Source of the DNA: Psychroserpens sp.
GTDB taxonomy: Bacteria > Bacteroidota > Bacteroidia > Flavobacteriales > Flavobacteriaceae
DNA: 64,000 bases
Direction: 5' to 3'
Assembly: GCF_036960315.1 (NCBI RefSeq)
Contig: NZ_JBALVR010000005.1
Span: 137,182-201,181, forward strand
The notes beneath the pieces are model-generated. The model was not told where the DNA came from, made no database searches, and worked only from the letters and a program-made list of their open reading frames with translations. The translations under genes and the position numbers were made by a program. This document shows positions 10,403-17,744 of the stretch, in pieces (within the stretch, counting starts at the first letter, position 1; each line of letters starts with the position of its first letter).

Positions 10403-11560
10403 TTACGAATCCCTGTATGCTGATGGTGTTTGTGAAGTAAACTTCTTAAAAGCGGTATTAAAGGCCGATTTAGAGTTATAACCAACGCGTTCTGCAATGT
10501 CTTCAATGGTTAATTTTTTACCTAAATCAGTTTTTAAAATGGCTTTGGCTTCTTCGACTCTGAAGGATGCTAACATCTCAAAAAAAGACTGATCGAGCTT
10601 TTCATTAATAACTTGAGAGACATGATGTGAACTTTGATGAATTGCTTTAGATAACCCGGATAATGATGCCGTGCTACTTTTATAATATTTTTCACTTTTC
10701 ATTTGGCTTATTATAGCCTCAAGAATATCATTTTTTTGATCGTCTAATAAAGATGATTTTTGATACTTTAAAACAGGCCCTTCCAAAAAACTTGAAACTT
10801 CTTCATAGTAATTAGAACTATTCATGATTTGAACAGTTGCCATAAACAGCATAAATGATAAATATAAATAGATGAAATAGTCGCCAACATCGTTTTTAAA
10901 TATCAATTTAACAATTACAAATATCGCTATAATCGCTAAAAAATGATATAACGAATTGCGTAGAGCCATTAATGTTTTATTGTTGGTTTTCCACAGGTTT
11001 TGATTAAGTTCCCTTGATTTAATAATGAGCAGTCTAACAATTAGTGAAATATAAATAATAAATGAAGCTCCTGTCAATACGTTTACATAATGCCTAATCC
11101 CTAAAGGACTATCTGATATCAATTGAGTTGTATAGATATAAGGAATATCCAATTGCATCACTTCAATATTTGAATTGTATTTAACTGCATCAGGCTGAAT
11201 AAAGAAGAAAACACAATATAATGTCCAAATTATAAACGGTGTAAAATGCAACCAATATACAGGTTTTTTTACGTCTTTAAACTGAGAAACAACAAATAAA
11301 TAAAGAAGAGGCGCAATGATAAAATTAAAGGGTTCAGCAAAATTAGTAATCGATAAAAATTTAAAAATTAACATTGTATAGTTCATCCAGCCTTCTAACA
11401 TTGTTAGTGTCAAAGCTAAAATAAAAAATCCCATTATCAAATTTGGTAAACTTTGTCTCCATGACTTTCGTATATAAAAATAGGACAGAAAAAAGCCAAG
11501 AAATACGCCTATAAAAATTACAGCAGCAATAAAATTGATATTTAAAGGAATGTCTTGCAT
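10403..11560 (-). CDS. Membrane-anchored AraC-family transcriptional regulator
   Basis: TM N-terminus; HHVSQVINE...FRVEEAK...IAERVGYNSKSAFNTAFKK. Confidence 0.88.
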   Translation of the reverse strand: MQDIPLNINFIAAVIFIGVFLGFFLSYFYIRKSWRQSLPNLIMGFFILALTLTMLEGWMNYTMLIFKFLSITNFAEPFNFIIAPLLYLFVVSQFKDVKKPVYWLHFTPFIIWTLYCVFFFIQPDAVKYNSNIEVMQLDIPYIYTTQLISDSPLGIRHYVNVLTGASFIIYISLIVRLLIIKSRELNQNLWKTNNKTLMALRNSLYHFLAIIAIFVIVKLIFKNDVGDYFIYLYLSFMLFMATVQIMNSSNYYEEVSSFLEGPVLKYQKSSLLDDQKNDILEAIISQMKSEKYYKSSTASLSGLSKAIHQSSHHVSQVINEKLDQSFFEMLASFRVEEAKAILKTDLGKKLTIEDIAERVGYNSKSAFNTAFKKFTSQTPSAYRDS

Positions 11561-11593
11561 ATTTCAAAAATAACAATTTATTCCTTTCTGTTA

Positions 11594-11619
11594 AGATGTA
11601 AGGGGTTTGAGCATTGATT
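11594..11619 (+). repeat. Truncated copy of the att-arm repeat
   Basis: AGATGTAAGGGGTTTGAGCATTGATT; GGTTTGAGCATTGATT (11604-11619) is identical to 32838-32853. Confidence 0.55.
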
Positions 11620-11666
11620 AAAATGTTTTGAAGTGCTTTAAATAAAACGATGCGATACGCTACATG

Positions 11667-12359
11667 TTACGATGCTGTTTCTATATTGTTATGCATTAGA
11701 GCCATCATTTCAATAGCGACACCAGATGCAGAAGCTGGGTTTTGCCCAGTTACCAAATTCCCATCAGCTACTATAAAAGGATCAAATGGTGTTGTATATG
11801 AAAATTGGCCACCTTGTTTTATTAATTCGGCATCGAGCATAAATGGAATAACATCGCCCAATATATGTTTGTCGATATTTTCTTCAGCTTCAGTAAATGA
11901 ATTGATGCGTTTCCCTTCTAGAAGGTTCTCTCCGTTTGATAAAGTCACATTGAGCAATGCTACAGGACCATGGCAAACAGCACCAACAACACGTCCGCTT
12001 TCATAGACTGTTTTTATGATGTCTTTAACTAAAGGATTTGTTACCATGTCGGTCATAGGACCTAAACCTCCTGGAAAGAAAATGGCATCGTAGGCGTCAA
12101 TATCTACATCACTTAATTTATGACTAAAGTTGAGGCGTTTAAATCCGTTCCCTTCCTTAAAATTTTTGCTTAATATTTGGGTATTGTCGTAGCCTACAAA
12201 TGGAGGAGCATCCCCTTGAATACTTGCAAAGTCGACATTGTATCCTTTATTTGCGAATTCAAAATAAGGATCTGCCACTTCTGAGAATTCATAACCTGCA
12301 GCATGTTTTCCAGTGCCTGTAACGTTAGTACTTGTTACTATAAATAATATGTGTTTCAT
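11667..12359 (-). CDS. DJ-1/PfpI family (type 1 glutamine amidotransferase-like) protein
   Basis: GYEFSEVADPY, FFPGGLGPMTD, GAVCHGP catalytic Cys, VTGQNPAS. Confidence 0.9.
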   Translation of the reverse strand: MKHILFIVTSTNVTGTGKHAAGYEFSEVADPYFEFANKGYNVDFASIQGDAPPFVGYDNTQILSKNFKEGNGFKRLNFSHKLSDVDIDAYDAIFFPGGLGPMTDMVTNPLVKDIIKTVYESGRVVGAVCHGPVALLNVTLSNGENLLEGKRINSFTEAEENIDKHILGDVIPFMLDAELIKQGGQFSYTTPFDPFIVADGNLVTGQNPASASGVAIEMMALMHNNIETAS

Positions 12360-12380
12360 TGTATTGCTTGTTTATAGTTA

Positions 12381-12417
12381 AAACTAAAGGAAGGTTTAAA
12401 ACAGCTCCCTTTAGTTT
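12381..12417. terminator. Inverted repeat between the hydrolase and DJ-1 genes
   Basis: AAACTAAAGG-N17-CCTTTAGTTT, perfect 10-bp stem. Confidence 0.5.
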
Positions 12418-12426
12418 GATTGCTTT

Positions 12427-13179
12427 TTATGCTAATACTGTGTTTCCTGAGGTCCCTACTTTATGCAATGCATTTGCAAGTTTTTCTGGACCCGTTTCTA
12501 ATGGTACATGACCATATTCTAGAGTCACGCTCTCTTCGATTCCCAACATTTTTTGTCCGTGTCTTTGAGCTTTCAATGTAATGACGCGATCTAAAGTTGT
12601 TTCAATATATGCTTTAGGAACACTTCCAAAATTCTCATCTGTTGTAATTACTTTTTCAAAAAATGGAGTTGTTGACTGAAGAACTAATTTTGGTAATACC
12701 TCATCAATTTGAGCTTCTGTGGCTCCACCAAATACAACGTTTAAAATAGTTTCTCTACTCATCGTTGCTGTACTTTTGTCTTCAGAGAAGATTAGATTCT
12801 CTAGAAATTCGCTTCCTTCATCTTCTTCAAAAACCTCAACGGCTGTTTTTCCATCGTAAGGCATTGCTGAAGCTATGAACACTAATTTTTCAATTTTATC
12901 TGGCATTTCTTCAGCTACTTGAGAAATTACAAAGCCCCCAAAACTATGTCCTACTAATACGACTTGACCGGCTGTGTTGTTTAATTCTGCTTTAACGCGA
13001 TTAGCATAAAGAGCCATATTGATTTCAGAAATTGGTGTTTTATCATCACCATGTCCTGGCAAATCGATAGCGTTTACAGTATGCCCGTTTTTTTCTAAAT
13101 AAGCTGTTGTTTCTTCCCATGACCAAGCACCTTCCCATGCGCCATGGATTAATAAAAATGTTTTGTTTGAATTATTCAT
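12427..13179 (-). CDS. Alpha/beta hydrolase (methylesterase/SABP2-like esterase)
   Basis: LLIHGAWEGAWSW, IDLPGHG, GHSFGG nucleophile, DRVI, GHVP. Confidence 0.88.
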   Translation of the reverse strand: MNNSNKTFLLIHGAWEGAWSWEETTAYLEKNGHTVNAIDLPGHGDDKTPISEINMALYANRVKAELNNTAGQVVLVGHSFGGFVISQVAEEMPDKIEKLVFIASAMPYDGKTAVEVFEEDEGSEFLENLIFSEDKSTATMSRETILNVVFGGATEAQIDEVLPKLVLQSTTPFFEKVITTDENFGSVPKAYIETTLDRVITLKAQRHGQKMLGIEESVTLEYGHVPLETGPEKLANALHKVGTSGNTVLA

Positions 13180-13256
13180 TATTTCTGTTTTTTAATTTTA
13201 GTAATTTGTTTAAAAAAAATGGACACCATGATTTTGATGCCCATCTACAATTGCTA

Positions 13257-13577
13257 TTAATCGTAGTGAGGAGAATTCATTCCTCTACTTGGCCCTTCAC
13301 CTTTGTCAACATCAAATAATTTGACAGTTACAGATGCATTAATCGCTCTTCCTTCTTCAACATATGGTCCAGTTGCAAAGTCCCATGCCGTTTCTTCGCT
13401 TTCAAATTCATACAAACCCCCTAAAGTGTTTGTATTCATTCCTACTAACCACGTTTTACGGATTAATCCTGGTACTGTTTTTAATCTTTCATTTACTGGT
13501 TCCCATATTTCTGGTGTGAAATTCGGTACATTTGATTGTAATTCTCCGTATAGGAAAACTCTTTTTGATTTACTCAT
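13257..13577 (-). CDS. ydhR: YdhR-like putative mono-oxygenase (dimeric alpha-beta barrel)
   Basis: VPGLIRKTWL...TLGGLYEFESEETA pattern, 106 aa. Confidence 0.7.
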   Translation of the reverse strand: MSKSKRVFLYGELQSNVPNFTPEIWEPVNERLKTVPGLIRKTWLVGMNTNTLGGLYEFESEETAWDFATGPYVEEGRAINASVTVKLFDVDKGEGPSRGMNSPHYD

Positions 13578-13618
13578 AATTTTTGTTTTTAAATTTATAT
13601 TGTGTTATAATTATAGTA

Positions 13619-13663
13619 CAAATTTGAGGCATATTTGAAGTTTAAAAGTTGTCATATGACAAC
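13619..13663 (-). promoter_or_regulatory. Operator palindrome plus -7-like box, site 1 (upstream of ydhR-hydrolase-DJ-1)
   Basis: GTTGTCATATGACAAC at 13648-13663 (perfect 16-bp palindrome); CAAATTTG (minus strand) at 13619-13626, 21 bp away. Confidence 0.75.
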
Positions 13664-13685
13664 GCTTTGAGCTTTATGCTTTTTT

Positions 13686-14048
13686 TTAGGACAACGCATC
13701 ATTGGTGTGCTTCATAGAACGCGTCCATAGATCTATTTGCTTTATAGCATTTGATAAATCTGTAATTTGATCATTAGAAAAGTGTGGTTCTAAAAGGGTG
13801 TGAATGCTTTCTAATTCGTCGTCGTTATTAGTACTAATGATATAATCTGTTAAAGCAAAAAGTGCGCGTTCTTTTACTGAAAAATGTGGAACGTGATTCC
13901 AAACTGACACTAGGGAAAGTCTTAAGTCTGTTTCTCCAAAATTTTTAAGCTCATTAAAGTGAAGGCTGATAGAATAGTTACAATTATTTAGGTAGCCAAT
14001 TCTAAGTCTGACTAATTCTAAATGTCGAATTTCTATGGTAGAATTCAT
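13686..14048 (-). CDS. Carboxymuconolactone decarboxylase/AhpD-like protein, short and degenerate
   Basis: LELVRLRIGYLNNCNYSISLH...GETDLRLSLVSVW...FSVKERALFALTD follows the AhpD-like fold, but CxxC is CxxS. Confidence 0.65.
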   Translation of the reverse strand: MNSTIEIRHLELVRLRIGYLNNCNYSISLHFNELKNFGETDLRLSLVSVWNHVPHFSVKERALFALTDYIISTNNDDELESIHTLLEPHFSNDQITDLSNAIKQIDLWTRSMKHTNDALS

Positions 14049-14069
14049 GTTTCTATTAGTTGTTTAAAC

Positions 14070-14098
14070 AACAACTCCGACCATGAGCCGGAGTTGTT
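14070..14098 (-). terminator. Rho-independent terminator-like hairpin after the tautomerase gene
   Basis: AACAACTCCG-N9-CGGAGTTGTT, followed on the minus strand by GTTT. Confidence 0.6.
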
Positions 14099-14122
14099 AA
14101 TACTGTTTAAATTGGTTACTTA

Positions 14123-14539
14123 TTACCCTTTAGAGATGGCTTCTCCTATTTCTTCATTAGTCATTGCAATTCCGTCTAAATTCCATCCACCATCTACGGC
14201 ATGAACAACATTTGCATAGATATTATCTTTGGGTTGTTTCCCTCCTGATAATTTATAAATGATGTCTGTAACCTCTGCAAAATGTTGTTTTTGAATAGCT
14301 CTATCTGCAAGTGCAAATGAAGGAACTTTCCATTCTGCCCATGCACCTAAGAATTCTTTACCTCCAGAAAAGGACATGCCTTTAGGTACAATATGTACAT
14401 TGGCTGTGATGTTTGGTGTCATAACGGTATTACCCGTTAAACCATGATTTTTTAAGAAGGAGTCTGTAATTTGTTGAACGGCTTTTTTTTCTGTTCCAAC
14501 AGGCAAAACACCTTCTGTTAATGTTAAAGTAAGTGGCAT
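14123..14539 (-). CDS. Tautomerase superfamily (4-oxalocrotonate tautomerase-like) protein
   Basis: N-terminal Met-Pro (catalytic Pro1), beta-alpha-beta repeat, DNIYANVVHAVDGGW. Confidence 0.75.
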   Translation of the reverse strand: MPLTLTLTEGVLPVGTEKKAVQQITDSFLKNHGLTGNTVMTPNITANVHIVPKGMSFSGGKEFLGAWAEWKVPSFALADRAIQKQHFAEVTDIIYKLSGGKQPKDNIYANVVHAVDGGWNLDGIAMTNEEIGEAISKG

Positions 14540-14585
14540 AATATAAATGTTTTAAAATTGTGAACTTTAGTGCTCATCAACAGTA

Positions 14586-14630
14586 CAAAGATGCGAGGAT
14601 ATGAAAGTTTAAAAGTTGTCATATGACAAC
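14586..14630 (-). promoter_or_regulatory. Operator palindrome plus -7-like box, site 2 (upstream of tautomerase)
   Basis: GTTGTCATATGACAAC at 14615-14630; CATCTTTG (minus strand) at 14586-14593, 21-bp gap. Confidence 0.75.
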
Positions 14631-14653
14631 GTTTTAGAAAAGCATACTTATAA

Positions 14654-15565
14654 TTACATTTTTAATTTTCGCTTTAAAATCATGGAGTAGTATGACATTT
14701 TTCTATTATTAATTTTCATTATTAGCATTCCCGAAATAATAAATAGGGCACTAATAAAATGGTATCTGTATAAATATTCATTAAAAAATACCGCAAATAG
14801 TGCCGTAAACAATGGTACCATATTCATAAAAATCCCTGCTTGATCTGCGCCCGCTTTCTGAACTGAATAATTCCAAAAGTAAAAGACAACCCCTGTTCCT
14901 AAAATCCCTAATCCGCTTATGGCGAACCAAAATTTGGTAGAATGAGATGCAATTTCTTGTATTTCAACAAAGGGCAAAAAGACCAGGATTCCAATAAGCG
15001 TAAAAAGAATTGCTAAAAAAGTGAAGCTCGTATTTTCTAATTCTGAAGAATACTTTTTCACCCAAACATGATGTAATGCAAAAAAGATATTGGCAATTAA
15101 AATTAAGACATCACTATAATTAAAGTCAATATCTTGAAAGCTGGTAATATTGCCTTTTGAAATTAGATACATAACACCTGAAAATGAAATTATAATTCCA
15201 ATTAGATGCTTTGTCTTTAATGAGGTTTTTAATATAATACTTGAAAGCAGTACTGTTATTGCAGGATTAAGACCAATTATAAGTGCTGCATTAATGGCTG
15301 AACTATTCCTTAAACCAAGAAATAAGAATACATTAAATCCAAGTAAACCAATACCGCCAACAAGGGCAGCTCCTTTTATGCTGGATCGCTTTAATTGCAA
15401 AGACTTTAAGTTTTTATATGCTAGTAGAAATAAGGTTATGCCTGCTAAAGTAAAGCGCCATGAAATAGCTTCAATAAAGCTAACTTCGGCTAACACAATT
15501 TTAGAAAGATGAAAATTTAGTCCTAAAAATAGCGTCGCAATTATAAAATAGATATTGGCTTTCAT
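14654..15565 (-). CDS. DMT/EamA family transporter
   Basis: 10 TM helices in two EamA repeats; AALIIGLNPAITVLLS, AGIFMNMVPLFTALFA. Confidence 0.88.
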   Translation of the reverse strand: MKANIYFIIATLFLGLNFHLSKIVLAEVSFIEAISWRFTLAGITLFLLAYKNLKSLQLKRSSIKGAALVGGIGLLGFNVFLFLGLRNSSAINAALIIGLNPAITVLLSSIILKTSLKTKHLIGIIISFSGVMYLISKGNITSFQDIDFNYSDVLILIANIFFALHHVWVKKYSSELENTSFTFLAILFTLIGILVFLPFVEIQEIASHSTKFWFAISGLGILGTGVVFYFWNYSVQKAGADQAGIFMNMVPLFTALFAVFFNEYLYRYHFISALFIISGMLIMKINNRKMSYYSMILKRKLKM

Positions 15566-15596
15566 GTATTATAAAATTTAAGTTTTAATAATACGT

Positions 15597-15641
15597 CAAA
15601 GTTTAGAAGATTTGAAAAAAGAAAAATGGTCTTATGACAAC
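15597..15641 (-). promoter_or_regulatory. Operator (13/16 match) plus -7-like box, site 3 (upstream of EamA)
   Basis: ATGGTCTTATGACAAC at 15626-15641; AAACTTTG (minus strand) at 15597-15604, 21-bp gap. Confidence 0.6.
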
Positions 15642-15666
15642 GCTTTCATTAGAATAGATTCAATTT

Positions 15667-16236
15667 TTAAAGTTGTGCACGCAATTTACTAAGTGTAGAG
15701 TTTGTCATACCTAAATATGACGCCACTGCTTTGCTTGAAATTCTGGTTAATAATTTGGGTTCATGTTCCATAACCCATCGCAGTTTATCTATACCTTCCA
15801 TTCCTAAAAAACTATAAATCCGCATTTGAGAGTGGATAAAAGCAAATTCCATAAATTGATTATATACATATCTAAATTCAGGAATGGTATCGATAAGTTT
15901 AAAAAAACTATCTCTGCTTATAACTAATAAATTAGAGGGTTCTGCAGATACCAAAAAGTCTCTAGATGGTTTATTAAGGACAAAACTTGTTATCGCAGAC
16001 ATAATTTGATCTTCCAACGCAAAATAACCAGTCACTTCATTCCCTTTATTGTCAATTTCATACATGCGAAGACATCCTTCATTTATAAAATAAAAGTTCT
16101 TACACACCTGTCCCGTACGGCATAATACTTCATTACGCTTTGTTTTTAAAGGTTTAAAATGCGAGGTCACTTCTTGAAGTGAAGTGTCATTAATATCGGT
16201 ACGCTCTTTTAAGTAATTTTCAAGCTGATTATACAT
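15667..16236 (-). CDS. Crp/Fnr family transcriptional regulator
   Basis: cNMP-like domain (GQVCKNFYFINEGCLRMY) and C-terminal VASYLGMTNSTLSKLR HTH. Confidence 0.9.
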   Translation of the reverse strand: MYNQLENYLKERTDINDTSLQEVTSHFKPLKTKRNEVLCRTGQVCKNFYFINEGCLRMYEIDNKGNEVTGYFALEDQIMSAITSFVLNKPSRDFLVSAEPSNLLVISRDSFFKLIDTIPEFRYVYNQFMEFAFIHSQMRIYSFLGMEGIDKLRWVMEHEPKLLTRISSKAVASYLGMTNSTLSKLRAQL

Positions 16237-16247
16237 AATGTAGTGGT

Positions 16248-16469
16248 TTACTTATTGTAAGATATCAAACTATTCCCAAAAGACAATCTAGTATTATCTT
16301 TCTCGTAAATTAATATTTTGTTTTTTGTTTTTAAAAGAACCCAAACGCTTATTCCTATAACAGCTCCCATGGCTATACTTTGTCCTAGGTCGTCAATCAC
16401 AATTCCTACAGTTATCCCAATAATAATACCTAATATTATTGTAGGGACTAAATAATTATCAATTTTCAT
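16248..16469 (-). CDS. Small hypothetical membrane protein
   Basis: 73 aa with two Gly-rich hydrophobic helices; 11 bp upstream of the Crp gene. Confidence 0.5.
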   Translation of the reverse strand: MKIDNYLVPTIILGIIIGITVGIVIDDLGQSIAMGAVIGISVWVLLKTKNKILIYEKDNTRLSFGNSLISYNK

Positions 16470-16504
16470 TGCTTCAATTTTATTAATATTTATTTATTAT
16501 TGGT

Positions 16505-16615
16505 TTATAATGTGTAATGTCTTTTAAGATTCCAACGAGCCCTTTTGCTCACGTTAGCGATTTCAAATTTCCTTTGGAAAAATGAATTCACACTTGGTGT
16601 AATGGACTGTTTCAT
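16505..16615 (-). CDS. Putative ~36-aa basic small ORF
   Basis: Hand translation MKQSITPSVNSFFQRKFEIANVSKRARWNLKRHYTL*; starts 74 bp from operator 4, comparable to the 61-76 bp at sites 1-3. Confidence 0.3.
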   Translation of the reverse strand: MKQSITPSVNSFFQRKFEIANVSKRARWNLKRHYTL

Positions 16616-16659
16616 GATTCTTTGTTTTAAGTCGTAAACTTTATTGCTCATCAACAGTA

Positions 16660-16704
16660 CAAAGATGAGAGCTTATGAAAGTGTAAAAGTTGTCATATGA
16701 CAAT
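16660..16704 (-). promoter_or_regulatory. Operator (15/16 match) plus -7-like box, site 4
   Basis: GTTGTCATATGACAAT at 16689-16704; CATCTTTG (minus strand) at 16660-16667, 21-bp gap. Confidence 0.72.
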
Positions 16705-16888
16705 GTTTTATATAGTATATTATTGAATGTGGTAAAATGCAGTCCATCTAATTTTCTTCTTTTATCACCTAGAAGTGTTATCTAAGTAAATAGATAAAAG
16801 TTGTAATCGCAAAATTTAATGATCTTCGGGATTGGTTAACCATCATACAAGAAAAATATCGCTTGTATAATTGAGCTCAATATAAAAA

Positions 16889-17040
16889 AGGGGGCCGTTT
16901 GTACCTAAATATCGTATAACAATATGGAGCAATGTGAAGTAACATAGCGTTATTAAGCTATTATTTTAATTGTCAAAATAATCATATGGAGTGTTATAGA
17001 TATATAAAGGTTTGAGCATCCATTCTAATTGCTTTCCAAT
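16889..17040 (+). repeat. att-arm repeat copy A1 (core decayed)
   Basis: ATATGGAGTGTTATAGATATATAAAGGTTTGAGCAT at 16984-17019 (33/36 to copy A2); TGTGAAGTAACATAGCGT at 16933 (13/18); core position matches only 7/13. Confidence 0.7.
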
Positions 17041-17044
17041 TTCG

Positions 17045-17158
17045 CTTGCTTTTAGCCAAAAGTAGCTTTTGGTTCTATTAAAAATCCGCTAGATTTGTAG
17101 GTGGATATATTACGAATATAACGACACCATTACCTATAAAAATACGTTGTGCTTAATT
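17045..17158 (+). repeat. 3' half of an attC-like site upstream of the GNAT gene
   Basis: AAAATCCGCTAGATTT hairpin (compare AAAATCCCCGCGGATTTT at 26540) and ACGTTGTGCT box at 17144-17153. Confidence 0.45.
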
Positions 17159-17176
17159 AAAATAAAATACTGAAAA

Positions 17177-17632
17177 ATGATTGAAAGGCTACAAAATAGC
17201 GAGTTAGAAATATCAAATCAAATACATTCTGTTTTTCAATTATCGTATGCAGTTGAAGCTAAATTATTAGATGCAACCGATTTCCCTCCTCTTAAAAGAC
17301 CCATTGAAAGTTATCTAAATAGTGATAATATGTTCTTTGGGTATCGTGAAAACAGCGAATTAGCAGGAATTATTGAGATTGAATTTAACAATAAATGTAC
17401 AGATATCAATAGTTTGGTAGTAAACCCGAAATTTTTTAGACGTGGAATAGCAAGAAAATTAATAGAATTTGTTTTCAACACATTTGATTCGAATCTTTTT
17501 GTAGTTGAAACTGGACTTGCGAATGGTCCAGCAACTAAATTATATAAGAAATTTGGTTTTATAGAAGTTAAACAATGGGATACTGACCACGGAATTAGAA
17601 AAATAAAATTTGAAAAGAGAATAAATAAATAA
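17177..17632 (+). CDS. GNAT family N-acetyltransferase
   Basis: LVVNPKFFRRGIARKLI acetyl-CoA motif A; NGPATKLYKKFGF motif B. Confidence 0.88.
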   Translation: MIERLQNSELEISNQIHSVFQLSYAVEAKLLDATDFPPLKRPIESYLNSDNMFFGYRENSELAGIIEIEFNNKCTDINSLVVNPKFFRRGIARKLIEFVFNTFDSNLFVVETGLANGPATKLYKKFGFIEVKQWDTDHGIRKIKFEKRINK

Positions 17633-17695
17633 GAACAACACCGTATAAAATTAATGGTTTAACCACGCAAAAAACCATAAACAAACACGTTGTAC
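17633..17695 (+). repeat. Short attC-like imperfect palindrome
   Basis: GAACAAC...GTTGTAC ends, inner TTAATGGTTT/AAACCATAA arms; last 32 bp are 26/32 identical to 26594-26625. Confidence 0.65.
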
Positions 17696-17744
17696 GTAAT
17701 TTAAAAAAGTTAAACGCAATAGAATTGTGAAATAATGGAGCAAA

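Noticed and set aside
5309-16236. Idea that the cyclase supplies cNMP to the Crp/Fnr protein
   Set aside because: They lie in different modules separated by an arm fragment, and many Bacteroidota Crp/Fnr proteins do not bind cAMP; no direct support.
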